Part shown: piece by piece, positions 37,912 to 51,113 of the stretch
Position numbering within the stretch: position 1 is the stretch's first letter
How the letters are laid out: the number at the start of each line of letters is the position of its first letter
DNA from: Lytechinus pictus
Taxonomy: Eukaryota
Assembly: GCF_037042905.1 (NCBI RefSeq)
Contig: NW_026974154.1
Span: 310,001 to 374,000, forward strand
DNA: 64,000 nt
Direction: 5' to 3'
The notes under the pieces: model-generated
What the model was told of the DNA's origin: nothing
Database searches by the model: none
Seen by the model: the letters and a program-made list of their open reading frames with translations, nothing else
Program-made: the position numbers and the translations under genes

Positions 37912-40900
37912 CACACACATACATATCCATATACGTATTCATCATTTAAGTATAAGTAAACTGTAAGGCAATTATCTGAAGGCTATACATGTTTGGTTAG
38001 TCATGATCATATAAAGATGTAATTTCAAAATAAACAGTAGGCCTACTTGGCTATAATATAAAGTAATTAAAAGTAATCAAGAGCAGTCCAACTTGTACAT
38101 AAAACTTTGTCTATTTTTTGTATTCTTCTTTCTCAATTGGCTCTCTTGTAATTCTTTTTTCCCTTTCTTCCTCTTCTCCCCTTCTTCTCTTTTTTTTCCT
38201 GGTCGTGAGTTAAAAAATCCCCCATGAAGCTTGGCATATGGTTATGGCAGAACTAAACAAAAAAGCTCAATTTTTTTAACTGCTCCTCGAATAGCTGGGT
38301 AACTGATGAACTAGATCGACATGGTGCTTTCATCGCCCGTTTTCCTCGAGTCACCTATATATGACTAATCATCAGCCGAGAAGGAGACTTTCTCCAACCG
38401 TTGACCAACATAAAAACATTGGCCCCAGTATCCGATTTACAGAATTAATTGAGGAAAGCATCCGGGCTTTCTGCGCATATATTGCAATGTTTTCCAAAGC
38501 ATTATAATATATATTTAAAAACAAACTAGCTGAAAAGGCATGCAAATACATATTTTATATATATATATATATATAAAACATTCTTCCTTTGATATTTTTC
38601 TTTTGTATTTTAGGTAAATTTTGAGAAAATCGAAAATACCATAATTCATGCCATTCTTTAAAGGGGTTTATAATGTTTGTTTCAGGATTGTTAATATACG
38701 CATAATTCAACGAGTTGTACAATTTAAACTGTTCTAAGAAGAAGATATATGTTTTACTGTTTGTTATATATTCGTTTCGTTCTAAGGACGAAACGTACGA
38801 GTGATTTTTGTTTGTCGATGTCTATGCTTTTTAGCAGGGAGGGAATCTCTATAGGTTCCGTCAAATCTGTTTCAGCGAGCAGCATAGCTCTTTGAATGAT
38901 ATAACGTGGGCATTTCACAAGAAAATGGTCAACAGTTTCCAATATTTTGCAGGAATCACAAAAACCAGTGGGATGTAGTTTTAATCGGAAGAGATCGAAG
39001 TTAAGACCTATTATTCCGAAACGAAGTTTATGTAGTAGACTTTCGGCAAATCTGTTCAGGTGGCATTCGTATAAAGAAAGATTCACTTGTGGTTGTATCT
39101 GTCTCATATTACAAATGGAATACTTCCATCTGTTTTGCCATTCCTGTGTATATTTTTTTGTTATCAATGTTTTTGCTTCATCGGAACCTAAACTATTTTG
39201 AATTTCGATTCTCTTTGTTAAAGCTACTTTTGCATGAAAATCTGCTGTTTCGTTTCCACTTATACCACAATGGCTTGGTATCCATTCTAGAAAGATTTCT
39301 TTACCCTGGTATTGAAGCTTAGTAGTTAAAGTTAGTATTTCAGTTACAAATGATATGTTTTTCATATTTTGTATAGCTAACAGCGCACTTTGTGAGTCAC
39401 TTAAGATAACTGTTCCTACATAAACATTAATATTTTCTAACCACTCTAAAGCAAGTACTATTGCAGCCAACTCAGCTCGGAAAACTGAAGTATTATCATT
39501 TAGTCGTTTTGATTGGTGGTAAGACCATGTGGGTACGAAGAATGAAGCCGCAGAAGCACCTGTATTGGGTGCTTTTGATCCATCTGTATATATGTGTAGT
39601 TGATGAGACCATTTCTTGTTAATTCGTCTGAGACTTTCTTGATAGAGAAATGAGGGGTTTTCGTTTTTATTTAAAGAGTAACTAAGTTCAGTGGATACTA
39701 CAGGGGGTATGAAGAACCAGGGTGGAAAATTACTCATATTTGTTTCAATATGGGGGCCCTGGTTTTCCGTTCTACAGCCAAATGGTTTGTTTATTTTTTG
39801 TAGTTTGGAAAGTTCCAACTGCCAACATGGTTCGATACTTTTTAATACAGGGTGGTCTTTATGTGTTTCAATCTTTTGACGAAAATTATCAGACAACATC
39901 TGTCTACGTAAATCGAGTGGAAGTTCTCCTAGTTCCACCTGGAGAGCTTCCAAAGAAGTGAGTGGTAATGCACCTGCACATATTCTTAGGGCTTGATACT
40001 GAATCGAATCTAGTTGTTTTTAATAGAGGGTGCCGCGCTGTCATAGGCTTCACAGCCATAGTCAATTAAAGATCGTATATAGGGTCTATAGACCATTAAA
40101 AGAGATTTCGTTGAGCTTCCCCATGTGGTTCCTGTTAGATTGCGGATGATATTCAATTTTCTTTTGCATCTAATTATAATATCAGCAATATGTTGTTGCC
40201 ACGTAAGCTTCTGATCAAAAATCACTCCCAGAAATCGTTTAGAACTTTGGAAAGTAAGGTCCTTGCCATTTAGTTCTAATTTTGGGTATTGTATTTTATG
40301 TTTTTTTGTGAAGAGTACTGGGTTTGATTTATTTTGAGATAGATGGAATCCCCATTTTGCAAACCAATCACCTAGTCTATTTATATATTTTTGCAATTTT
40401 CCTGTGATCTGGTCAAGGTTATTACCTGATATCCATATTGCACAATCGTCTGCATAAGTGGAAATAGAAATTGATTCTTCAGATGGAATATCACTTAACA
40501 TGATGTTTAATAAAATGGGACTAAGGACACTCCCTTGCGGTAGACCATTGTGCATAGTGTATATTTCAGATTTTGTTTTTCCCACAGCCACTTGGAAGGT
40601 TCTATTTTTCAAATAGTTTTGAAGAAAAATTATTATTTTTCCATTGATATTATTTTTTAATAGTTTGTAAACAAGTCCATCTATGTTGAGCCTATCATAG
40701 GCTTTCTCAATATCTAAGAAGAAGGCAAGGGTGTATTCTCCATTATTGATGCTCTTTTGAATATCATTTTCTAGATTAATGATATTATCTGTTGTACTTC
40801 TTCCTTTGCGGAAGCCGCCCATATGCATAGGCAATATATTGGATTTTTCTATGAACCAGTCAAGTCTGTCTTTAATCATACGCTCAAATATTTTTATGAA

Positions 40901-42232
40901 ACACGAAGTAAGTGCAATGGGTCTGTATGAGGACAGAAAACTTAAGTCTTTGTTTTGTTTCGGGATAGGGATGAGAATAGAGTGTTTCAGTTCAGTGGGA
41001 ATCTTTCCAGTGTCCCACATTGAGTTTAATATTTTTAGCATGGTTTCTTTTGTTGAAAATGGAAGTTTTTTATATACTTCGTAGGGTATTTTATCCTCTC
41101 CTGGAGCAGAATTTTTGCAGGAGTTTAGAGCCTTTTCCAATTCGAAGGATTTGTATGGCTCATCGAGGATATTTCCATGTATTTGAGTTAGATTCAAACT
41201 TAGACTGATTTTATTTTTACTTATTGATTGGAAAAAATTACCAAAGGCTTCTGCCTTTTCTTGGTCTGTAATAAATTCCTTTTCTTTTTCTATTATGATT
41301 GGTATTTTATTTCCTCTTTTAATCTGAATTCCATTCATCTGTTTTATAATCGACCATACTACCGATTCTGGCACGAAGCGATTTAGTTTGATGCAGAAAT
41401 TGTGCCAGTAAGTACGTTCCGCTTGACGGAGCGTCTTTTGGGCTTGGGCTTTTTTCTTTTTGAATGTATTCAGGTTTTCTATTGAGATGTGTCTTTTTAA
41501 TTTGTTACTAGCTTTATTTCTATCCTTAATTGTTTTGGAACATTCTTTTGTCCACCAGGGGATAGGCTTGTGATGTTTCTTGCATCTTTTAGGTATTGTT
41601 TCATTGATAACATTTAAAACACATTGTTTGAAGAGAGCGTAGTCCTCTTGTAAATCAGACCAAGTCATATCCTTGAAAATTTCTTCACATCTTTCGGAGA
41701 ATTTTACCCAGTCCATGTTCTTGAAGGACCAAAAATTTTCTGGAGTGTGGTTTTCAACTTCAGAACATATGCTTGTAGTCTTTTCCATTAGCACCTTTAT
41801 TGCTATTGGAAAGTGATCACTCCCGAGTGAGGTGTCGAGTACTTCCCATGAACATTTGTTCGATATATCTGGGGATGCTATACTTAGATCTAAACACGAC
41901 ATCTTTCCAGTCACTGGGTCCAATCTAGTACCTGTTGCATGATTAAGTATAACAAAATTATTTGAAGCAATGAAATGTTCAACAGCCCGACCGTTAGCGT
42001 CGTTTTTCTCACTACCCCATAAAGTGTTATGAGCGTTGAAATCTCCTACGTAGATGAGATTATTCGTCTTTACGAATTCAGTTAATTTCTTGAGAATATG
42101 GTCATCTATTTTTTTACATGGGTTATAATAATTTACTACAGATACTCTAGATTGCAAGGTATGTATTTCCACCGATTGAAGTTCAAGCTCTTCATCATAT
42201 CGAGGATAGTAAAGTTATAAAGTCAAAAAGGG

Positions 42233-42271
42233 GCCTAAGCTTTCGATCCTAGCAGAATCTTCGTCGGAGGC
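42233..42271 (-). ncRNA. Minimal type I hammerhead ribozyme-like motif
   Basis: Minus strand GCCT-CCGACGA-A-GATTCT(GCT)AGGATC-GAAA-GC-TT-AGGC: stem I, a core variant of CUGANGA, stem II, GAAA, palindromic stem III. Confidence 0.65.
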
Positions 42272-43198
42272 AAAATGACAAACATATAAAGTGGAACAAC
42301 CATAATATAGACCACAAACAAGCTACAGCAACACTAGAAACAAGGAGACAAAAGGGGCATTAGTGAGTAGAGAAGACCAATCAGGTTAGTGAAGGGGATG
42401 AAAGAAAAGGAGTAGGCAGACACAAAGGGAAGTTAGTGTAAGTAAGGCCAAGAGGGATTAAGATAATGAGGCAGGCAACATCAAACAGGATCTGGAACAA
42501 AACAGTGATAGAGGGATGAATAACTAGAGAATTAGTGAGAGGTGGGTCAAACAGGTTACAAAGAAATGCTTAATAAACTGGTGCATAAGAGTGGGGGGGG
42601 GGGGGGGGAAAAAAAGAAGAAAAAGAATGGGGAACAACTGATAATGTGCAAAAGACATATAAGTATATATGATAAAGCATTAAACAAACTAAGAGAAGAA
42701 GGTAAGTGTAAATATGTATCTATAAGTGATATGTATATAAATATATCCAAAAAAGAAATGTATATGAAAAAATATATAAATATATACACATATGGTGTAA
42801 CTGATATGGTAATCCGCTAGGTGTGACGGGAAAAAACATAAGACTATATAGCAGGAAAGAAAAAAAAACCTGTATATGTGAAAAGGAGGAAGCAAATTGC
42901 CTAAAAAGGTAAAAGCAAATATAGAAGAGAGGGGGTGTATTATGAAGAAACCATAGTATACATGTAAATAAGCAAATGTGGTAAATCTAAAAGAGGTGAG
43001 TGGAGAAAAAACAAATATATATATAATATGTATATATAATAATTATTATATCGCCTGAATAAGGAAGGAAAAATTGGAGCTGAGCTTGTATGAGATATGG
43101 GAGGAAAGTAGAGTAAGAAACTATAATGTAACTATTCAAAAGAGCTGAGGGGAAAAATTATATGTATATATAAATTGAAAGTGGATAGGAAAGAAAAA

Positions 43199-43765
43199 TC
43201 AGTCGTTCCCCTCTTGGATGTTCAGGCCATGAGGTTGGGTGGTGCGAAGTCGTCTCATCCAGAGCTTCTCCCTGCTAGTACGGACTGAGTCAGGACGGGT
43301 ACTTAAAGATTCGATGCCCTGTAGCATCATGTCAGTGATGGAGTGGTTGGGGAGGTTAAAATGGCGGCCAACTGGAGTGTCCAGCTTTGCTGTGTTGACG
43401 GTGGATCTGTGCCCGTAGAATCGTTTCTTGAGTGTGGTCTTGGTTTCCCCTATGTATTGTACCCTACAAACTCTGCAAGTGATGAGATATACAACATTAG
43501 TGGTAGTGCATGTGATTTTGCCCTTGATTTGGTGAGACAGGCTGGTAGAGTTGCTGGTGAAAGTATCGCCCTCGTGAAGGTGTATTTCACATATGATGCA
43601 CCTGTTGCTGGTGCATTTGAAGGTGCCATGCTGTATGGGAGAAGAATGGTTAGTGAGGGAGGGCACTTCAGCACGAACAATGAGGTCCCTGAGATTCGGT
43701 GGGCGTCGGTATGCTAGAAGGGGAGTATCGGGAACGGCCTGTTGGAGACGATCAGAAGTGTGTAA
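43199..43765 (-). pseudogene. PLE GIY-YIG endonuclease fragment
   Basis: AYRRPPNLRDLIVRA, C-x4-CxxC, NVVYLITCRVCRVQYIGET, RFYGHR, HFN, REKLW...L-T--PHGLN: the typical Penelope C-terminus. Confidence 0.9.
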
Positions 43766-44037
43766 AATGTTAATAGTAAAAGTTAATAGAATGGTGCACA
43801 TAAATTGCACATCCACCCCTACTTTGTCCACCCTGGTTGGTTCTATTCCTGGGGAAACATGTGTATTCAGGAATGTGAAAAATCTTATCATCCGTAAACC
43901 ATGTCTCCTGTACACAAATTATATGGTAAATTTTGCTATTTTTTGAAGAAATAAATTTTACTAATTCTTCACCATGCTTACACATGCCCTGCGCATTCCA
44001 TTGTAAAATGGTGAGTGCTGATAGTATTGTCATAAGT

Positions 44038-45426
44038 TTACTGCCCTTCATTGTTTGTATTTGCTTTGATGTTCAAAAGCCTTTGGGCAGTAGCTTCAAC
44101 AATGTTTATTACGTCTTTTTTAGAGTATCTGTCCGTAAAAAGGAAAATGAGATGAGAGATAAGCTCTATAATCTGTTCATAATTTGCATTTGCTAAGTTA
44201 TTTTCGGTTCTCCTCGACTCGTCATTATTGTGTTCTTCTATTGGTATTTCCCGAGAAGGACCTGGTAGCTGTGATGGCTGGTTGTTCTGGGTTTGGATAC
44301 TAGGAAGGGTATCACTGGGACGGTTTTGAACGGGGTTTCTTATTTCACTTTGAGGGGTTTTAGTTTTAGTCATAGGAGTTGCGGTATTAGTAGGGGGGAT
44401 TGAGGGATGGTTGTCTATTACCGGAATGGGTTTATTTACATTATTCTCTTTCGCTTGATCATTCTCTACAAAAAATTTTGTAGCTTGGGCATAGGTTAGG
44501 TTGTTTTGAATTTTCAGTTGTTGAATTTTCTTAGCATTTTTGGCAGCAATACATCCGTTATACGCTGCTGAGTGTTTGCCTCCGCAATTTACACACGTTC
44601 GGTCTTCTTTTCGTTTACATTCTTCAAAGGTGTGATTTTCTCCGCAACGGACACATCTAACTTTTGACCTGCATTGTGAAATTCCATGTCCGTAACGCTG
44701 GCATTTAAAGCACCTCGTTACCCGGGGTATGTACTGTTTTACCATAAAGAATTGAAAGTACATCGTAATTTTATCTGGTAGGGATGCTCTATTGAAAGTC
44801 AGTAGAACCGAACGGAGGGGTGTGGTTACACGTGCATTATTTCCATTGTCTGGGTCATCATTTTTAACAGTCTTACTCATTCTTTTAGCCGATGTTACAC
44901 CCTGCAATTTGAGCTCATCTACAATCTCCTTTTCCGTCATTTCGAGAGGTACATTAGAAATAACTCCTTTTAGGCCTGTTGTTTTCTTTTCTACCTTTAC
45001 ATGGATATTCCCTATGTTATTTAATTGTAGAATAGCCCTCAGTTGTTTGATGTTCTTGCATTTAACAAGAATCGCTTTACCTTGTTGTATTGGTAAAATA
45101 CGTTCTACAGGATTAATGGCAACTGCCTTTATTGCATTAGCTAGAATGGCCGGACTCACATCCTTGAAACTCTTATGTTTTTCAATAGGGGTAATTATCA
45201 GGTCTAAATTCCTATTCTGGTATGGCGATGAGATACTGGGGTCTGATTCGTATGATGACGATTTATCCGTATTTTTCATATCTGCTCCCAAATTACTGGC
45301 AAGTCTCGGTCTTTTCCCAGGTCGTTTTTTGGGACGAGAGTAAGAGACAGTCATAAAATCGTCATCATCCAAATCAGGTCCATGATCTTCAATAATCTCC
45401 GGCGCTGATACCGACGCTTGGGCCAT
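44038..45426 (-). CDS. LINE ORF1 (gag-like nucleic-acid-binding protein)
   Basis: KGVISNVPLEM motif; CFKCQRYGHGISQC, CVRCGENHTFEEC, CVNCGGKHSAAYNGC; open from MAQASV. Confidence 0.9.
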   Translation of the reverse strand: MAQASVSAPEIIEDHGPDLDDDDFMTVSYSRPKKRPGKRPRLASNLGADMKNTDKSSSYESDPSISSPYQNRNLDLIITPIEKHKSFKDVSPAILANAIKAVAINPVERILPIQQGKAILVKCKNIKQLRAILQLNNIGNIHVKVEKKTTGLKGVISNVPLEMTEKEIVDELKLQGVTSAKRMSKTVKNDDPDNGNNARVTTPLRSVLLTFNRASLPDKITMYFQFFMVKQYIPRVTRCFKCQRYGHGISQCRSKVRCVRCGENHTFEECKRKEDRTCVNCGGKHSAAYNGCIAAKNAKKIQQLKIQNNLTYAQATKFFVENDQAKENNVNKPIPVIDNHPSIPPTNTATPMTKTKTPQSEIRNPVQNRPSDTLPSIQTQNNQPSQLPGPSREIPIEEHNNDESRRTENNLANANYEQIIELISHLIFLFTDRYSKKDVINIVEATAQRLLNIKANTNNEGQ

Positions 45427-48026
45427 TATTGATGGGGACCAATAAGGCGGGAAATACAAAATAAAGAGGAGTGCGTTGTGTTAGTAGTATATGTATAGCC
45501 TTCAAGAAAAATGCCTTACCTTATTTTCTTTTGCCCGTTGAGACAAAACTCCTACATATATCTCTAAATCCAAGTATAGATATCCTCGATTAAAGAAAAC
45601 AGCAGTTTAAAGCTCAAAATTAGGGTAAAAAAGCAGATTAAGGCGGATTTTGAATCGAAACAGGTGCCTGGATAGACGTGCGACGTGCGTAGCGTATCGT
45701 TCGCCGAGATTGTGTGTACCTAAAACAGTTCACAACCTTATTTCAGCTTGGTGGTATTTTTTAAAACTAGATTTGTGATTAATTTTATCCGCAATTCCAA
45801 TAATTGTTTGATAAAATAGAGACCCCAATAAATGCAATAACTAAAAAAAATTACATTTTAATTATTTTTGCTGACGATGATACTTTTTGGAAAATATTCA
45901 AAACGATGACAAATCAAACAAAAAATATAGAAAATTCTATGTACCTTGAACAAAGCCCCGCGAGTGCTACCGTTCGTTTGTCAATTAACGTTCCACTAAA
46001 GTCTTTACAATAAAAAGACTAAACACTTGGCCGTCTTTGCGTAACGCTTTGCATCGATTTACGTGTAAGATAATTTTTGTGTCTAGTCTTTCCCTTGTAG
46101 TGTCTTTGATATGAAGATAAATCGCGCGCCCTCTTTCGCTCATTAGACGAAAAATTTGAGATCCAGAAAGGCGACCACAGTATTTTGTCAACGGGAAGAA
46201 AAATCAACGCTTAAATGACGCATTTTGAGGGATATTCATCGAATTATGAGGAATTGACTTCACATCGTTCGGTAAGTTTCGTAGGAGGACTTCATTCTGT
46301 AAGTCCTCATATTCATTTTTCAGAAAATATCGTTAGGCCTACATGTCGAATGCGCCGTGCTTATTCTGTAGTCGGCGGCAGAGATGTAGCCATGGGTGGA
46401 ACACTCCTAGTACCAATGAGGTCCAAACATTACATGTATGGACCTCATAGGCGACATCATTGGTATTTTGGGTTAGAAATCTTTGAGTACAGGATATTTC
46501 TATATTATATCACAAGTAGAAGCTATAATTCCTTTCTTTTTACTTAAATTTAAATCTTCGTGTGTAAATGCATTGTTAGCAACAACAAAAAATGAAAGAA
46601 ATTAAGGGAAACTTACATTTTGACGGCTTTTTCTTGATTTTCTTGGCAGTTGCTCTTCACGTCTGCCTCGCGATCGGAGCTGATATGCAGATCACGTGAT
46701 ACGCGTTCTCGTCAGGTGATCGGTTGGTTATTCTTTTCGCCAGACGTTGATAGTTATATATTTCATAACGCTATCATTCATCGTAAATTTAGGTGAAAGA
46801 GATTGAAGTTAAACAGCGCAAGCTTTAATTTTTTTTAAAATAACGTTTAATTGATTGCACAAGTTTCGCCTCTGACATGTAGGATAATTTGGTCCAATAA
46901 TGGCGTAACGCGTAACTACGGGGGGGGGGGGGGGGGGGAGGGGTGTCCCTACCACTACCGTCCACAAGCCAGTAATTATCTTTTTTCTCTCTTTTTTTAA
47001 CCAAAATACTCCCCCCCCCCCAGAAAAAAGGAACCAGAGTTGAAGAGAAAGAGAATTATGATAGAGGAACACAAAATGCTTTATTTTTTTCTTCAGCTTT
47101 TACTGTTTTATTCGACTTATAATCAAATATTAAGTTGGGCTTAGAACATTTTTTTTTTAAAGTCAATTAATAGAAAATATTCCTCCTCGGGATTTGAGCT
47201 TTCATGAAAAATCAATCTTTTTCATGATTACCGAAAATACTTAAATGTAAAAAAAAAATTATCGGTGTATAAAGCTTTAGCTGATGCGTTGCGCCCGCCT
47301 TATTTTAATGTTGAGATACAACTTTATGCTTTTACTGAATTCCTAAAAACACTAATTCTCAGATCATTTGTCGCAATCGAATGACTCGATTGGTAAATAA
47401 GCTTATGAATGATTATTATGTTTCATGAATTATTTAAAATGTGTCTCTCTATCATTTTTTAATACCAAAAACAAATGTCAGCTCGTGCTTTTTGCTCGCA
47501 ACATTTTGATTAGTAAGAAGTTCTTGTATATGCGAGTTTGATATAGATAAATAACTAGAGAGAAAGGGGGGAATCCCTCAGCCAACTTGTCCTCGCTTAT
47601 TCCAAATTTATTTTTATTATCCTCGTGTTGTGAGTGTTTCAAATTTTTTTTTTCACCCTTTTTATTGTCTCGGAGCTTCCCTCTATTTCTTTTAACTATG
47701 ATGTAGCCCTTTCAGTTACTTGTTTTTTATGTTCTATTTCATCGAAAACATAATTATTAAACTGACGTAGAAGACTTTACAACGAAATTTTGATATTGTT
47801 TTTTCTTGTTTGTTTGGCTTTCTTTTTTCTTCTCCTCAGTCCTTCTTCTTCTTCTTAGTTTCCCTTTCCTTTCTCTTTTATTTCATTTCATGAGGAATCC
47901 GCCAACTTATAAACAACAACAAACATATTTAGAGGCGGATATCCAGTGAGGGGGCGTGGTGGTGTGCCCCTCTAAAAAAGGAGGAAAATAGGAAGGAAAA
48001 AAAGAAGGGAAGGGGGAAAAATAAGA

Positions 48027-48159
48027 NNNNNNNNNNNNNNNNNNNNNNNNNNNNNNNNNNNNNNNNNNNNNNNNNNNNNNNNNNNNNNNNNNNNNNNNNN
48101 NNNNNNNNNNNNNNNNNNNNNNNNNNNNNNNNNNNNNNNNNNNNNNNNNNNNNNNNNNN
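48027..48159. other. Assembly gap (N run)
   Basis: 133 Ns. Confidence 1.
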
Positions 48160-51113
48160 GTTGGTGACGATGATGATGACTAGATGTAATTTTGTTATTT
48201 TGTATTTAAACAAATTAAGTAGTGCAAAGGCGAATTCATTTAAAATTTATTATGAATATAACAAAAAATCCATCCCCACCAAAAAAAAAAAAAATTAAAG
48301 GTGAGATATTTTGAAAATTATTTGTGACTGCGCAGGTCTATGCGAGCAGCTATGGGATATAATTATGGTAAAAAAAGTAAATGAAATGTCAAGAAATACA
48401 TGATAATGACTTTTATTGTACATTCAGTATATCAATAGATAACTTCATACTCGTTCCAAAAAAGAAAAAAGTGGGTAATTACGGACCATTAAAAATGGGA
48501 AATTTTGGCATTTTATATTACATAGAATATAGAGCAACTGCTCGTTTATGACGTCACAAATCAAGCATTCGAAATTCTATTAACTCCTATTTTTTTTAAA
48601 ATAACACCTTCACCGATATTTTGAAATTATTTTTCTTATATTTTCACAATATCAAGGTGAAATTCCCCTTTAATTTACAAAACAGTATTAGCATGATCAG
48701 TGTGTAGCGGTAAGTTATTAACCTGATATAGACCTATCTATAATTCATGCGGCGCGCAGCGCGTGTGCAATGTTTAATAATATATTGCTGTGACTAGAAT
48801 GAATGTCATTAAAAACATAATCTCACAGATCAAATAATGCCAGCTCGAGGCGCAAAATCAGAAAAAAATATATTTTCTGCCCTGATAATTTGATAACCCT
48901 AACCTAACCCAATATCTAAGTATTTTTATCATAAACAGGATAACTATAGACAATTGATTGAAAACTTTATATTCTTTTGCGAAAATGAATATGAAGGACA
49001 ACTTTTTAATAAAGAACACAGTTTTAGAGCGTGATTTATACCTACAACCGCTTAATCCTGTCACTGTCGGTATGACATGAAGCAGTTGGAACTTTCTGAT
49101 TCCATCAGCTCAATAATTTTTGCAACAGGTGCCACTCCAACAAACAGACAGACATTTGCCCAAACAGACAACATGTAGCTCAACCTCTGCTCATTTCTTT
49201 TTGCACGGGCACATAATATCTCGACCTATACCCATCACTTTTCTCACTATTTTCTCCTCCCTTTTATTTTCCATTAATTTTTCTTTCATTCACTTTTTTC
49301 TGTCCTCTTTTCCCTTCTAGTTTTTTTTCTCGTCTCACTGATTTTCTTCACCCCCAGCCCCCGACGCCCGTGCAGATTCGCAAATAATTTTAAGAGTATG
49401 TCTACTTGGCAAGGGTGGAAATCTCTCCCCAAAGGTAGGGGGACCAGGGGCTGGAAATTTGACAAGCATAAAACAAACAAACAAAAACAAAAAAGAAGGT
49501 TTATCACCCCAAAAAGAAGGTAATCTTGACCAAAAGAAATTTGATAAGCAAACAAGCAAAAAAAGGGCACCCCATAAGTAAGATCGTCTCTTCCAAAATA
49601 CATATTTTATTTCGATTTTGAATGAAAAGACCAAAAATAGTAGGGGGATGACATTTCATAATGTGCCCCCCTTACTATTTTAGGTGAGGGGGACATGTCC
49701 CCCTGGAATTTGCGCCCATGTGGGTGGGGGGTGTTGCGCCTCCCTTTCGGAATCATTATGGAAGAGTGTAAATACTCGCTGTGATTTCGATCTAATACCT
49801 ATAAAAAAAAAATTGAACAGCTACGCCTTGAACACAGGCCAAAATGCCTAACGATTTCTCCGCGGCATTAACAACTATCGTAACGGGCGCTCTATTTATA
49901 AATAAAGATGAACATGTAGCTGTCTATGGCGACAGGATTTGCCGCGAATATTTCCCAAGAATTGTGAGAATTGGGCTGAAAATGCAACAAAAGAACTGGT
50001 GAGTACCTATCAAACAGTATCAAGCTATTTATTAAAGTGTGTTTTAGTAGTATAGTTTAACAATATCTAGATTATAAACTTTAGTTCTAAGCTAGGGCGG
50101 CCCAAATGCGCGTGAGTGGAGTCCCAGTTTATTAACACGGGTAAGTATTGCGGTGTCGCCTAGAGTGCGTTAGAAGGGGTCCTAAAGCTACGCACTTGAT
50201 TTATCATGCAAAAAAATAGTATTTCCTGTGCCTCAATAACTAAAATATATTCATATTATCATAGGATAAAATGAAATTAAAGCGAATATAACTCTAAAAT
50301 TCCAAACAGTTGTTGGTTTTCTCTGCATTTAGAGATTTACTGCAGTCTCTGTAGAAAAAATTGAATAGGAATCGCTTGTCATTCTGCAGTCAAAGTTCCA
50401 CACACAAAGTGCGCATTTGCCATAAAAACTGCATGCGCGATGAGTGGTGCGTAGCTTTAGGACCCGTGCAGCTTTAGGACCCCCTACCATACTGTAGGCC
50501 TAGACCAAAAGCTTCAGTCTCTGCTCACTCATGGGTTAAATGTAGTCTTGAGGACGCAATGATGATGACTTTTTAAATCCTGTCATATACTTCTCCATCA
50601 TTGACGTCTTGAACAGGCCTTAATAGACACGTAAGAGAACCAGGTAAATAAAGAATAAAAGATGGATTTCCCTTGGAAATCCATCTTTTGATGAAATAGT
50701 CACGTAAAATGTTTTTATTTTATTAATTTCTACACCTAATGCGTAGGAAGGTTTTAAAAAAAAGACTTGGGTAAAAATGATACAAAATGAAGGTTTCTTA
50801 CCAGATTGATGTCGCGTAGACCCCTCGATCCACATGTAAACAACGCAAATACAATGGCGTCGACCCTTGAACCGCTTATGTATTAATACGCATTTCCGAT
50901 AAGCGATGCCGTTCTGAAGAACAATTTATAGATAAAAAAATTATTTCACGAATATTAAAATTCATTATGTGATTATAAATAATTAGCGATTTTTTCAAAG
51001 AATCTAAAGCCTGATTGGCAAAACCTACCTCTCACCTCTGAGATTTGTGCTTGCGTGTGAGCCAGGCTTAACAAGTTCAATAATGAATTATATCTTTTTT
51101 TTGTCTACGGCAG

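Larger units (their letters stand above)
42218..43772 (-). mobile_element. 5'-truncated Penelope-like element (PLE) inserted in the LINE APE domain
   Basis: GIY-YIG C-terminus, ~1-kb AT-rich 3' region and a terminal hammerhead-like motif, flanked by an imperfect TSD ATAGTAAA(A)GTTA (42206-42217, 43773-43785). Confidence 0.88.
38754..44051 (-). pseudogene. LINE ORF2 (APE-RT-RNase H), broken by the 42218-43772 insertion and one frameshift at ~40020
   Basis: APE: LQWNAQG, CVQETW, GDFNAH, SDHFPI. RT: YRPIAL, GLPQGSVLSP, YADD. RNase H: YTDGSK, AELAAI, SDSQS, WIPSHCGISGNETAD. Removing the insert restores HHSINFYY-PRYDEELELQSVEIH; adding one A restores IKKQLDSIQYQALR. Confidence 0.92.
38754..45710 (-). 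mobile_element. Near full-length I-group (Nimb-like) LINE, interrupted; ends approximate, TSD not found
   Basis: ORF1 with three CCHC knuckles; ORF2 with APE, RT, RNase H and a C-terminal CCHC. Confidence 0.92.

Noticed and set aside
43199-43915. 238-aa ORF suggesting a LINE-GIY-YIG fusion protein
   Set aside because: Its first ~48 residues are an off-frame reading of the LINE APE region; the true APE frame stops at the insertion junction.
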